Of a stretch of 64,000 nt of DNA, positions 54,514 to 64,000 are shown in pieces. A program made the translations under genes and the position numbers. The notes below the pieces were generated by a model. It was not told the origin of the DNA, searched no databases, and saw only the letters and a list, made by a program, of their open reading frames with translations. The stretch covers positions 12,155-76,154 of the forward strand of contig CAZYLF010000001.1 in NCBI GenBank assembly GCA_964648765.1. Reading direction: 5' to 3'. Each line of letters begins with the position of its first letter. Position 1 is the stretch's first letter. Source of the DNA: an uncultured Candidatus Saccharibacteria bacterium (GTDB lineage: Bacteria > Patescibacteriota > Minisyncoccia > Phycocordibacterales > JACOZG01).

Positions 54514-57015
54514 GTGAAGAGTTTCCTCAATCATTGCTTAAAACACAAAGGGTTACTCGGCCAAGGGATTATTGTTTTAATAATCATTGGCTTTATCAGC
54601 GCGGGGATAATCGCAATTTGGATAGTCACCCTCGACATTCCGAGCTTTGACCAATTTGAGGAGCGCTTAGTAACTCAATCTACCAAGATTTATGACCGCA
54701 CTGGTAAAATTTTACTCTACAACGTTCATGATACCGTGCGCCGAAAAGTGGTCTCGGGTGACGATATCTCTCGTCATATTAAAAATGCCACCGTGGCAAT
54801 TGAGGACAACGAGTTTTATGAGCATTTTGGTATCAAACCAATGGCCATCCTCCGCTCGGTGTTTGTAAATATTCTAGCGGGTGGATATGCCCAAGGCGGT
54901 TCCACTATTACCCAGCAATTAATTAAAAATTCTCTCTTAACTCAAGAGAAGAAGATCTCCCGCAAAATTAAGGAGTGGCTCCTGGCAATCAAGATCGAAA
55001 AGGTAATGACAAAGGAAGAAATTTTGAACTTATATTTAAACGAGTCACCTTATGGTGGTAATTTATACGGCGTGGAGGAGGCAGCAGAAAGCTTTTTTGG
55101 CAAACAAGCTAAGGACGTTACTTTGGCACAATCGGCTTATCTTGCGGCTATTCCTAAAGCCCCGACTTTTTACTCCCCTTACGGCAACAATCGGGAGAAA
55201 TTAGAGGAACGTAAGAGCTTAGTGCTCCGCCGAATGCGTGAACTCAACTTCATCACCGATGAAGAACTGAAGCAGGCCTCAGAAGAAAAAGTGACATTTT
55301 CACCACCGGAAGATCGTGGAATAAAAGCCCCCCACTTTGCTTTGTGGGTAAGAGATTATTTGGAGGAAAAATATGGAGAAGAAGCTTTGGTGAACGATGG
55401 ATTAAAAGTAATCACCACGATTGATTGGGAATTACAGCAAAAAGCGGAGGAGATTGTAAAAAAGTACGGTGAGGAAAACCGCACTAAATTTAATGCTAAA
55501 AATGCCTCAATGGTGGCCATTGATCCTAAAACGGGTGAGATTTTGGTGATGGTGGGCTCGGTAAATTACTTTGACACTGCAAACGAGGGCAACTTTAACG
55601 TGGCCCTATCTCATCGCCAACCCGGATCATCTTTTAAACCAATTGTTTACGCCACGGCCTTTAACGAGGGTTACACTCCCGAGACTGTGGTGTTTGATCT
55701 TGAAACTCAATTTGATACTAATTGTGAAGACGATAAAAGCAAATGTTATACCCCGCAAAACTACGACAACCTTTTCCGTGGCCCAATCTCCCTCCGGAAC
55801 GCTCTCGCCCAATCCATCAACATCCCCGCGCTTAAAACGCTTTATTTAGTAGGAATCCGCGACGCTCTTAAAACAGCTCAGGTTTTGGGTATCACCAGTT
55901 TAACCAACGTAAACAACTACGGTTTGCCACTAGTGCTTGGTGGTGGAGAAGTCTCTCCACTTGAACTTACTAGCGCTTATAGCGTATTTGCCAATGATGG
56001 AGTACGAAATCCTTATGAAAAAATTCTCTCGGTTGAAACGTCAAGTGGCCAAGTGTTAGAAAAGTTCACTCCCCGCCCCCAAACCGCCCTACCCGCAAAC
56101 ACCGCGCGCTTAATCTCTGATGTGCTCTCGGATAACGTGGCGCGCACTCCGGCCTTTGGCGCCAACTCCGTGCTCAACTTCCCTGGTCGCCAGGTGGCGG
56201 CCAAAACTGGTACCACCAACGATTATCGTGACGCATGGGTGGTAGGCTACACCCCAAGCATCGCCATTGGCGCCTGGGTAGGAAATAACGACAATACACC
56301 AATGGAAAAGAAGGTGGCAGGATTTATTGTGGCCCCGATGTGGAATGCGGTGATGAAGGAGGCGTTAAAAAAATTCCCAATTGAGAACTTTAAAAAACCA
56401 GAACCAACCTCAAACGAGCTAAAACCTGTTCTGCGTGGTTTTTGGCAAGGTGGCATTTCATATAATATTGATAAAATTTCTGGCAAACTCGCCACCGAGT
56501 ATACTCCAGCGAGTATGCAGGAAGAACGCGTGATTAAACAAGTCCATTCAATTCTTTATTGGTTAGACAAAGATAACCCAAATGGCCCAGCACCACGTAA
56601 TCCTGAGTCTGACCAGCAATTTAAACTTTGGGAGGAGCCTGTTAAAGCGTGGGCAAAGAGGCAAGGAATAAAAGAGGAGACAGAAAATGATCTCCCGAAG
56701 GAGTACGACAACATCCACACAGCAGCAAATCAGCCAGAAATCAAAATCCTTTCACCAAACAGCAACGGAAACTACCGAAAAGGTGAAACTTTGAACCTAA
56801 AGTTAGATATTGATGCTAAATTTGCTATTGATCGCGTAGACTTATTCTTAAACCAAAATTATTTGCAAACAGTGCGCCGCGCACCATTTGAAGCAAGCTT
56901 CGTCTTAAGCGAGGATCTTTTAACCACCAGCGGTAAACAAGAACTACGTGTGGTGGTCTACGACAACATTGGCAACACCGGGGAAGACAAGGTGAGATTT
57001 GATTTGACAAACTAG
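54514..57015 (+). CDS. class A penicillin-binding protein (PBP1A family) with C-terminal Ig-like domain
   Basis: AIED..FY.H, QGGSTITQQL, SSFK, SIN, KTGT. Confidence 0.93.
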   Translation: MKSFLNHCLKHKGLLGQGIIVLIIIGFISAGIIAIWIVTLDIPSFDQFEERLVTQSTKIYDRTGKILLYNVHDTVRRKVVSGDDISRHIKNATVAIEDNEFYEHFGIKPMAILRSVFVNILAGGYAQGGSTITQQLIKNSLLTQEKKISRKIKEWLLAIKIEKVMTKEEILNLYLNESPYGGNLYGVEEAAESFFGKQAKDVTLAQSAYLAAIPKAPTFYSPYGNNREKLEERKSLVLRRMRELNFITDEELKQASEEKVTFSPPEDRGIKAPHFALWVRDYLEEKYGEEALVNDGLKVITTIDWELQQKAEEIVKKYGEENRTKFNAKNASMVAIDPKTGEILVMVGSVNYFDTANEGNFNVALSHRQPGSSFKPIVYATAFNEGYTPETVVFDLETQFDTNCEDDKSKCYTPQNYDNLFRGPISLRNALAQSINIPALKTLYLVGIRDALKTAQVLGITSLTNVNNYGLPLVLGGGEVSPLELTSAYSVFANDGVRNPYEKILSVETSSGQVLEKFTPRPQTALPANTARLISDVLSDNVARTPAFGANSVLNFPGRQVAAKTGTTNDYRDAWVVGYTPSIAIGAWVGNNDNTPMEKKVAGFIVAPMWNAVMKEALKKFPIENFKKPEPTSNELKPVLRGFWQGGISYNIDKISGKLATEYTPASMQEERVIKQVHSILYWLDKDNPNGPAPRNPESDQQFKLWEEPVKAWAKRQGIKEETENDLPKEYDNIHTAANQPEIKILSPNSNGNYRKGETLNLKLDIDAKFAIDRVDLFLNQNYLQTVRRAPFEASFVLSEDLLTTSGKQELRVVVYDNIGNTGEDKVRFDLTN

Positions 57016-57079
57016 TCAAAATATGGAAGTAATATTGGTAGGTCTTTGAAAGGGAACTGAGGTTCCTTAAAGTTAATGG

Positions 57080-57910
57080 GTGTTCAAGAATAAGGAGAAA
57101 ATCATGAAAAAAGGCCAAGTTTGGTTGTCCTGTCTCTTGGGTGGAATCATTGGTGGAGCAATTTCTTTCGCGTGCCACCTGCAGTATGCTTGGGCATCTT
57201 GGCTGGCGTTGCCGGTTGGCGCGTTAGTGGGTGGACTCATCGCCTACATATGGTATGACCTTGAGGGTGCGAAAAATGGTGTTTTTAGAGCGTGGAACGA
57301 AACATACCTTGAGGCCAGAGAAACCTGGAAATCGTTGGTGACCTTCTGTCGACTTTCTTTCTGGTCAATTCTTTTTGTTCATTTGTCTATGTACACAAGC
57401 GTCGTGTATATAATCATACTCTTGTCTCTCTTCATACCCGCTAAAGATCTCCATTACTCGGTGGGGTTTGTATTCTGCGAAGTTCTCTCTATTCTAATAT
57501 CGGTAATTATAGTAAATGGGGTTATCTTAAATGAACACGACCACAAAAAAATGAGCAGTTTTTTCAAAACATGCACATGGAAGTATTCTAATCCTGTGGC
57601 GGTAGCTGTTTGGATTGTAGTAAGTGTAATCTGGGCAATCGTTCGAGTTCCTAACGGCCTGTCATTTTTGCTTAATTTCCTGAAAGGATGTATGAAATTC
57701 CTAAAAACCTCATTTACCTACATCCACAGCCAGGGACGGTTGATAGTCGCGGTAGATACTGCCTTGGGAGTACTGCTTGGTGTAGCTCTCGGGCTTCATT
57801 ACAACAATCCATTGATGGGGACATTGGCTTGTGGATTTATTGGAATGATACTCGGTGAAGTTAACTACCGAATCGTTTCCATCCGCTGGCTGAAAGTTCA
57901 GCCTACTTAA
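57080..57910 (+). CDS. hypothetical multi-pass membrane protein
   Basis: many TM segments; SD AAGGAG suggests start at MKKGQ (57103). Confidence 0.65.
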   Translation: MFKNKEKIMKKGQVWLSCLLGGIIGGAISFACHLQYAWASWLALPVGALVGGLIAYIWYDLEGAKNGVFRAWNETYLEARETWKSLVTFCRLSFWSILFVHLSMYTSVVYIIILLSLFIPAKDLHYSVGFVFCEVLSILISVIIVNGVILNEHDHKKMSSFFKTCTWKYSNPVAVAVWIVVSVIWAIVRVPNGLSFLLNFLKGCMKFLKTSFTYIHSQGRLIVAVDTALGVLLGVALGLHYNNPLMGTLACGFIGMILGEVNYRIVSIRWLKVQPT

Positions 57911-57935
57911 TAAAGTAGTTCCTCTTGAAAAACAT

Positions 57936-57970
57936 CGCGCCACACTTTTATCGTGTGGCGCTTTTTATTT
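57936..57970. terminator. intrinsic terminator
   Basis: gcgccacac...gtgtggcgc followed by T-run. Confidence 0.7.
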
Positions 57971-57978
57971 TGCGAAAT

Positions 57979-58209
57979 TTAAGAAATTGGGAAGCCGAAG
58001 GATTTTTCAATTAATTTTTTCTTCGAAAAAATATGGCTTTTGGCGGTGGGCGGTAAATTTATGTAAAACGATCGCGGTTTTGGGGTAATATTATCCTCCC
58101 CCACCTCGACTTTGGTTTGTTCTAAAATAATTCTAGCTAATTTCTGGCGAATCGCCTTAGGATTTTGGAGATTTTCAAACTTTTTTAAAAATTCCGCTAA
58201 TGGTCCCAT
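57979..58209 (-). CDS. small basic protein downstream of dnaN (DciA-like?)
   Basis: 4 nt after the dnaN stop; mixed alpha/beta pattern. Confidence 0.55.
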   Translation of the reverse strand: MGPLAEFLKKFENLQNPKAIRQKLARIILEQTKVEVGEDNITPKPRSFYINLPPTAKSHIFSKKKLIEKSFGFPIS

Positions 58210-58213
58210 TTTT

Positions 58214-59320
58214 CTAGCGGTTTATTGGCATTATTAAGTAAGTAAAAGACTGATCACCAGCCCCACTTACCACCATAGGCTTACCTGGAGCCACAATTCT
58301 TAAGTTAATATTTTCAGAATTTGTGGAATTTAAACAATCAAATAAATATTTACTGTTAATCACCAACTCCGCGCCATCACCAGAAACAGTGGCCCCAAGT
58401 CTTGATGTATTTTCCCCCACACTATCATTATGAGTTTTAACCTCAATCGCTCCATCTTTAGGTAAGATTGAAATATTGGTTTGATTTAATTTGTCAGTAA
58501 AAATTGACGTGATTTTAAGTGTATTTAAAAGCTCGGTTTTAGAAACTGCCACCTCGGTTTTAAAATCTTTTGGCATAATTTGGCGATAGTCAGGGAAAAC
58601 TCCATCTATTAATCTTGAAGTTAAATACAAACTATCTGTTGAAAAGGCAATTTGATTTTTATCCCAATTCACCTTCATTTCGCCAGTTAAATTATCAAAA
58701 ACTCTCACCACCTCAAACACATTCTTAAGGGGAATAATTAAATTTAACTTATCAAACATCTCATTTACTCCCAAATCGAGCTTTTTCTCCGCCAACCTAA
58801 AAGAGTCAGTGGCCACAAACACTAATTTGCCCTCATCATAATAAAGATAAACACTGGCAATCTCGGGCTTAATACTCGAGAGCGACGCTGCATAAGCCAC
58901 AGCACGTAACGCGGCCACAAAACGCGCCGCATCAATCTCAAAACCAGCCTCGGGGGCCACCCTTGGGATGGTGGGGAAGTCGTCAGTGGGTTGGCATTTA
59001 ATAGTGGCTCGATTTTTCCCCGCCACCACTAAAAGATTACCATTTACCTCACTAGCCTCAATTTTCTGATCATTTCCAATATTCCCTAAAAAATTCCCAA
59101 GCACCGACCCGGGTATTGCCACACTCCCAACCTCACTCGTCTCGACAGGAACCTCAACCTCAAGTCCCACATCCAAATTAGTGGCTTTAATTATTAACTT
59201 TTTCTCAATCACCTCGACCAAAATCGAACTTAAAATTGGCAGGGATAGATTTTTCCCAGTTATTTTTTCAGCCAATCCAATTAAATGACCGAGATTATTT
59301 TTTTTAAGAGAAAATTTCAT
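58214..59320 (-). CDS. dnaN: DNA polymerase III beta sliding clamp
   Basis: LPILS, ATNLD, VATDSFRLAE, RLIDGVFPDY, YLIMP. Confidence 0.96.
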   Translation of the reverse strand: MKFSLKKNNLGHLIGLAEKITGKNLSLPILSSILVEVIEKKLIIKATNLDVGLEVEVPVETSEVGSVAIPGSVLGNFLGNIGNDQKIEASEVNGNLLVVAGKNRATIKCQPTDDFPTIPRVAPEAGFEIDAARFVAALRAVAYAASLSSIKPEIASVYLYYDEGKLVFVATDSFRLAEKKLDLGVNEMFDKLNLIIPLKNVFEVVRVFDNLTGEMKVNWDKNQIAFSTDSLYLTSRLIDGVFPDYRQIMPKDFKTEVAVSKTELLNTLKITSIFTDKLNQTNISILPKDGAIEVKTHNDSVGENTSRLGATVSGDGAELVINSKYLFDCLNSTNSENINLRIVAPGKPMVVSGAGDQSFTYLIMPINR

Positions 59321-59541
59321 CTTTATATTAATAATTTATTTTTTAAGAGAAGGGTTTATTACTATTAGGGCTGTGGATAATCTGGATAACTTTTTTAGCG
59401 CTTAAAATATGGTTTTAATTCACTAATTAATTATTTCGGCTGTGGATTGTGATGTTGGTAAGTTACTCACCTAATCTCAACCCCTTTTAACTAACAAATT
59501 AACCTAAACTAATCCACTGTGTTACCAACAGGTTATCCACC
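59321..59541. other. replication origin oriC
   Basis: AT-rich dnaA-dnaN intergenic region; DnaA boxes TGTGGATAA (59372-59380, perfect), TCTGGATAA (59381), TGTGGATTG (59441), TTATCCACC (59533). Confidence 0.8.
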
Positions 59542-60899
59542 TACTCATTATAGAGTATGAGGCGGATTTGCTCTAAGTCGGTGGTGAGGCTTGGATCTTT
59601 CTTTAGATCCTCCTTAATTTTTTCACAGGCGTAGATAACTGTGGTGTGGTCACGTCCTCCAAGCTTTTGGCCAATATATGGGTAAGAGGTGTTAAAGTCC
59701 TCTCTTAAGAGATACATTACCATTTGGCGGGGTTTTACCACCTCTTTACGTCTTGTTTTCTCATAAAGGTTCTTTTCATCAATGTTGTAGTAATCTGCCA
59801 CGATTGTGGTTACGTTTTTAATCGAGACTGACTTTTTGGGTTTAATGTTGTTTTTTATAAGAGATTTAACCTCTTGGATGGTTAAATTACGCTTTTTAAA
59901 GTAGCACTGGCAAATAATAGAGTTGAGAACCCCCTCGAGTTCCCTAATGTTTTCTTCAATTATTGAAGCCAAAAATTCAATAATCTCGTCAGATGGAGTA
60001 AAGTTAGCATTTTTTGCCTTAGCCCTAAGGATTGCTAATCGAGACTCATAATCTGGTTTAGCCACCATCGCCATCATCCCCCCCTCAAACCGTGATCTTA
60101 GGCGCTCTTCAAGATTTGTGATGTGTTTGGGTGGTTTATCTGAAGAAAATATAATTTGTTTGTTGCTCTCATAAAAATTATTAAACAAATGAAATAGTTC
60201 TTCTTGAGTTCGCTCTTTATTAGAGAGGAATTGAATATCGTCCATGATTAAAACGTCGTATTTGCGATATTTGTCTTTAAAAGCATTAACTTTGTTGTTT
60301 TGAACGGAGTTTACGTAATCAATAGTGAATTTTTCTGAAGTAACATAGTAAATTTTCTTGTTACTATTGTTTTTTTTTATGTGGTTGCCTATTCCTTGAA
60401 TTAAGTGGGTTTTACCAAGTCCGGTGCCACCATAAATAAACAATGGGTTATAATTCATCCCGGGGCTTTTAATAACCGCCTGCGCGGCCGCGTGGGCCAA
60501 CTCATTGAATTGCCCCACCACAAAGCCATCAAGCATGTACTTTGGATTTAAATTGTCCTCACGGTTGATATAGAGCTCATTTAGGCCCAATTGATCACCT
60601 AATGGTGGCTTGTTGTAGTAATCATCTTTAACTTGTTTGGCCTTGTCGTCGTTTTTGAAAATAATATATTCCACTCCCCTGATTTCTGGGTGTATGTTTC
60701 GAAGTGATTTTAAAATAAACTTATGGTATTTGTTTAAAAGCCAGTCGCGAACAAATGCGTTAGGTACTCCAAGATGAATTGTGCCACTATCTTGTCTTAC
60801 AATGTTGGTATTTTTAAACCAGGTGCCAAAATTAGCTTGCGAAACATTAGTTTCGATTTCTACTAACGCTTGATCCCAAAGTTTTTTATTTTCAACCAT
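59541..60899 (-). CDS. dnaA: chromosomal replication initiator DnaA
   Basis: YNPLFIYGGTGLGKTHL, DDIQFL, RLRSRF, NIRELEG, GGRDHTTV. Confidence 0.97.
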   Translation of the reverse strand: MVENKKLWDQALVEIETNVSQANFGTWFKNTNIVRQDSGTIHLGVPNAFVRDWLLNKYHKFILKSLRNIHPEIRGVEYIIFKNDDKAKQVKDDYYNKPPLGDQLGLNELYINREDNLNPKYMLDGFVVGQFNELAHAAAQAVIKSPGMNYNPLFIYGGTGLGKTHLIQGIGNHIKKNNSNKKIYYVTSEKFTIDYVNSVQNNKVNAFKDKYRKYDVLIMDDIQFLSNKERTQEELFHLFNNFYESNKQIIFSSDKPPKHITNLEERLRSRFEGGMMAMVAKPDYESRLAILRAKAKNANFTPSDEIIEFLASIIEENIRELEGVLNSIICQCYFKKRNLTIQEVKSLIKNNIKPKKSVSIKNVTTIVADYYNIDEKNLYEKTRRKEVVKPRQMVMYLLREDFNTSYPYIGQKLGGRDHTTVIYACEKIKEDLKKDPSLTTDLEQIRLILYNE

Positions 60900-60947
60900 A
60901 ATTATTTAGATATTGAATTCGTTCTCATCTTACTATAGACTGTCTAC

Positions 60948-61082
60948 ATGTCGCAAACATATCAACCCAAAAAACGAAAAAGAGCAAAAACTCACGGTTT
61001 TTTGACTCGGAAAAAGACCTCAAATGGCCGAAGGGTTATCAAGGCCCGTAGACAAAAGGGTCGACGCCGTCTCGCGGTTTAG
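60948..61082 (+). CDS. rpmH: 50S ribosomal protein L34 (not in ORF track)
   Basis: [44 protein letters not shown]. Confidence 0.95.
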   Translation: MSQTYQPKKRKRAKTHGFLTRKKTSNGRRVIKARRQKGRRRLAV

Positions 61083-61091
61083 TTTATATCA

Positions 61092-61367
61092 ATGCCAGCA
61101 CCTTTTTTAATCAAAAGAGGTGAACCTTTAAGCCCTAAAAGTAAGGTTTTTTTGGTTGTTGTGGTGTCTAAAAAGGTGGCACCACTTGCCACCAAGCGGA
61201 ACTTAATTAAAAGGCGTTCCCGCCACATTTTCAGTGAGCTGAAGCCCCAATTAAAGCTTTTAAATCGGAAGCTTGTTATAATTTACCATCCAGGCTCGGC
61301 CGAGATCCCCTTTTCAGAGCTAAAACACTTAATAATTGCTGATTTAAAACGTTTAAATTATGTTTAG
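61092..61367 (+). CDS. rnpA: ribonuclease P protein component (short)
   Basis: VVVSKKVAPLATKRNLIKRR; position after rpmH. Confidence 0.88.
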   Translation: MPAPFLIKRGEPLSPKSKVFLVVVVSKKVAPLATKRNLIKRRSRHIFSELKPQLKLLNRKLVIIYHPGSAEIPFSELKHLIIADLKRLNYV

Positions 61368-62106
61368 AACTTATTTATATACCCCACTTTATAACGCGCT
61401 AATTTACTTAAGTGATATTATTCCTGGCCACAGTATTGGTTTGGCGATTATTGCTTTAACTTTAATAATCAAACTCATTCTCCTCCCCCTTTATCATCAG
61501 CTCTGGCGCACTCAAGTGGCCATGAAGGCGGTGGAACCGGAATTAAAGTTAATTAAAGAGAAGTATAAAGATAATCGTGAGGAACAGGCCCGGCAAACAA
61601 TGGCACTTTATAAAAAATACAAAATCAATCCATTTTCTGGAATTATTATTGTTTTTATTCAACTCCCTATTCTTTTAGCCCTTTTTTACGTTTTTAAAGA
61701 TAGTTTTAATTTACACGCTGATCTGCTTTATTCTTTTGTTAAGGCGCCAGAGGCACTCAACACTAATTTATTTGGAATATTTGATTTAACGGCGCGGAGC
61801 TACCCACTTGCGATTTTAGTGGGCTTAACTCAATTTATTCAAATTAAACTTTCTCTCCCCCCTACTTCGCCAAAACTACCAAACGTAACGGGTGCCAATA
61901 ACTTCGGTGAGGATTTTAAGGCAATGATGGGCTGGCAAATGCGTTATATTATGCCAGTGTTTATTACTTTTATTTCTTTAGGTTTGCCTGGCGCTATCAC
62001 TGTTTACTGGATTACCAGTAACTTATTTACTATTGGTCACGAACTTATTAAAAAGTTTTATCTTACAGAGACTCCTTTAAATCAAACGCCATTAAGCGCG
62101 AATTAA
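61360..62106 (+). CDS. yidC: membrane protein insertase YidC/Oxa1
   Basis: GLAIIALTLIIKLIL, ALYKKYKINPF, IQLPIL, VYWITSN. Confidence 0.93.
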   Translation: MFRTYLYTPLYNALIYLSDIIPGHSIGLAIIALTLIIKLILLPLYHQLWRTQVAMKAVEPELKLIKEKYKDNREEQARQTMALYKKYKINPFSGIIIVFIQLPILLALFYVFKDSFNLHADLLYSFVKAPEALNTNLFGIFDLTARSYPLAILVGLTQFIQIKLSLPPTSPKLPNVTGANNFGEDFKAMMGWQMRYIMPVFITFISLGLPGAITVYWITSNLFTIGHELIKKFYLTETPLNQTPLSAN

Positions 62107-63304
62107 GTCTGTTGGTGAGGAAGAGGGTAGTATTTTCCTTATTTAAAAATAGATTTTCCGCGTCCACTAATCTTTCCTTTGAGACAGTTTTTAATAGTTT
62201 TGTTTCCCCTGAATTTATATTAATTCGCCAAAGTTCATCATTAAATGTAATTTCTCCACGGTACCAAGAATCAGGATAATCACTAAACAGCAAGTCTTTT
62301 GGAACCGCACAAAACAAGAATTCCTCGTCTGACGACCACACACATTTTTCAGCCAAAGTATTTAACGTCGGGCTTAAGTATTCACCACTGTTAATTTTAA
62401 AAATACTAAGTTTTGTTTGGTTAGACACAGATTCCGACAAAGCAATCATTCCTCCTTTTGGACTTGGGAGTGTAGAGAGGCCCAGCTTGTCACCCAAAAT
62501 TTTTACGATTTTTTTGGTTTTTAAATCCAAAAAATAAACAAAACCAAAAGCTTGGACAGAGGGTTTGCTTTGGAGAGCGATAGTCGTTGAGGAAAACCAG
62601 TTTATTTTCCATGAAGCAAAGGGAGAGGAAAATATTTTATCTCTTTTTTTAAATTCCAAATCGGTGCTATATCCAGTGACCCCTCCCCCAGTTTCTTCTA
62701 TATAAAATAACCTTTTTTTATCTGGGGAGATTGTGAGGTCATAAACATTTCCTAATTGTGGCGTAGTGGAGGCTTCTGGCCAAGTGACTATTTTGAGTAA
62801 TCTAGTATCCCTGTCTTGCTCTATTGCGATTAACTTCGGGAGACTATTTTCGATTGCCCAAACCCATTTTTTTATCTTTGTTGTTTCTAGATTACCCACC
62901 TTTACAGCATCAGAGAGACCTAAATTTTTTTTGAAGATACCATCGTTATTTTGGCCAAGGTACAAAACATAAGGATCAGTGGTGCTTGCGGTAGTTGAAG
63001 AGGTTGCTGGATCTTCAACAAAAAGGGCACTTATAATAGGCTCTGTATCAATTTCATTTGGGCCAAGATTACTAATTAGTGAGTTTTCAGTTGGAACCTC
63101 CTCCCCCACTAGGTCTAATCCTGTGCTGGCCGGCTCAGTGAAAATTTGTGATTCGGCAATTGGTAAACCAGCTGAGCTATCTACCGTTGGCTCATCAATC
63201 TCGACCTCATTTACTTCATCTTTATTATATAAAGCAACGTAGATTGCAAGGCCAATTAGCATTAATACGAGAAGAAAAATTATTGTTTTAAGAATTGTCC
63301 TCAT
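62063..63304 (-). CDS. membrane-anchored beta-propeller (TolB-like) protein
   Basis: N-terminal TM, S/T-rich linker, SPDKKR, EKCVWS..LFCAVP, DSWYRG. Confidence 0.65.
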   Translation of the reverse strand: MRTILKTIIFLLVLMLIGLAIYVALYNKDEVNEVEIDEPTVDSSAGLPIAESQIFTEPASTGLDLVGEEVPTENSLISNLGPNEIDTEPIISALFVEDPATSSTTASTTDPYVLYLGQNNDGIFKKNLGLSDAVKVGNLETTKIKKWVWAIENSLPKLIAIEQDRDTRLLKIVTWPEASTTPQLGNVYDLTISPDKKRLFYIEETGGGVTGYSTDLEFKKRDKIFSSPFASWKINWFSSTTIALQSKPSVQAFGFVYFLDLKTKKIVKILGDKLGLSTLPSPKGGMIALSESVSNQTKLSIFKINSGEYLSPTLNTLAEKCVWSSDEEFLFCAVPKDLLFSDYPDSWYRGEITFNDELWRININSGETKLLKTVSKERLVDAENLFLNKENTTLFLTNRLNSRLMAFDLKESL

Positions 63305-63612
63305 TATCTATTAAATATATCAAAAGTTAATAAATCTGGGTTGATTGTGTATAAAATTAAATATGATACTAGGGCCAGAACTAAACCCCATACTGCACTC
63401 ATCATCCTCTCCTTTGCGTTACTTTTCGCTCCAGGCACAGCACTTGCGGCGTATTGAACTCCCGCAAAAACCACCATTAGTATTGCTGCAACAATTATAA
63501 AACCAAGAACTCGGTCGTAAACAACTTTTGCGTAACTACCAAACTCTTGCGGTGGTGCTCCAGTGCCTGCGGTGACCAAACCCTCTTCGAGTAATTTGAT
63601 TTCTGTTGCCAT
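63304..63612 (-). CDS. CPR pilin-like (VirB2/TrbC-like) membrane protein
   Basis: VVFAGVQY...AKERM..AVWGLVLALVSYLILYTINPDL. Confidence 0.75.
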   Translation of the reverse strand: MATEIKLLEEGLVTAGTGAPPQEFGSYAKVVYDRVLGFIIVAAILMVVFAGVQYAASAVPGAKSNAKERMMSAVWGLVLALVSYLILYTINPDLLTFDIFNR

Positions 63613-63614
63613 TT

Positions 63615-63998
63615 TTAAAATTTAACTTCTAAACTTTTTTCGACACTTTTATTAGATAAATAGTCTGAGGCTTTTAATTTAACGAGAGACCGGTTTTCTT
63701 TTGTGGTTGATTGGGGAGGAACTAGTTTAATAACGCTGGGCTCATTTGGATCACTGTCAATTTTTTTGTCATTATAGAACCATTCAAATTTCGGCTCGGT
63801 AGTTGTATATCTACTTGGTAAATAAAACGGCCAGGCGGCCACCACCTCTTCTCTAAAGGTAAGTGTAAGGGGGCTTTTAACATTTTGTTTAAAAATTGTC
63901 TCACCAGCCGCATTAACCGGGTAAAAGTTAATTCTTGGCTCAACCGCTTTTATGCTTAATGTTTCGGTTATTTTTGTAAGTTCATTTGGGGTTGAGGC
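63615..63998 (-). CDS. partial hypothetical protein (5' end outside window)
   Basis: frame stays open from the window edge (ASTPNELTK...VAAWPFYL...FEWF). Confidence 0.6.
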   Translation of the reverse strand, partial: ASTPNELTKITETLSIKAVEPRINFYPVNAAGETIFKQNVKSPLTLTFREEVVAAWPFYLPSRYTTTEPKFEWFYNDKKIDSDPNEPSVIKLVPPQSTTKENRSLVKLKASDYLSNKSVEKSLEVKF

Positions 63999-64000
63999 AG

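Noticed and set aside
63615-63943. Apparent frameshift between two overlapping short ORFs at the window end
   Set aside because: The 63615 frame stays open to the window edge, so this is one truncated gene; the other ORF is a shadow frame.
1-64000. Alternative genetic code 25 (TGA=Gly)
   Set aside because: Conserved genes are full length under code 11, and several end in TGA at the expected positions (e.g. xth, murE, pilC).

Overview
Chromosomal segment of a Patescibacteria (CPR; Parcubacteria-like) bacterium using genetic code 11. It spans the replication origin (dnaN-oriC-dnaA / rpmH-rnpA-yidC, ~58-62 kb). It carries typical streamlined core genes (polA, ruvA/B/C/X, mutM, xth, udg, murE, PBP1A, tyrS, pgi, rplS, rpsT, tsaE) and seven tRNAs. 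It also has a large type IV pilus/competence complement: two PilM, two PilB/GspE, PilC, PilN/O, a major pilin, minor pilins including a beta-propeller pilin, a VirD4/TrwB-like ATPase and a PAS kinase/receiver pair. Many stand-alone accessory genes, each with its own promoter, SD and terminator, sit between core genes. Most notable observations: (1) a tandem array of four self-contained cassettes (42.3-45.3 kb) in which diverged proteins sit behind near-identical promoters and related terminators; (2) a 140-nt structured element after tRNA-Arg(GCG) with an antisense copy and a direct copy of the tRNA 3' end; (3) two orphan genes resembling CPR DGR variable proteins; (4) a delta-9-type desaturase in a lineage generally lacking fatty-acid synthesis; (5) a 6S-like RNA, a 38-aa hyper-acidic protein and an in-frame palindromic insertion in polA; (6) an apparent split between leaderless core genes and SD-led accessory genes. 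No CRISPR array, rRNA, integrase, transposase or reverse transcriptase was seen. All calls are from visual inspection and motif recall, not database searches.
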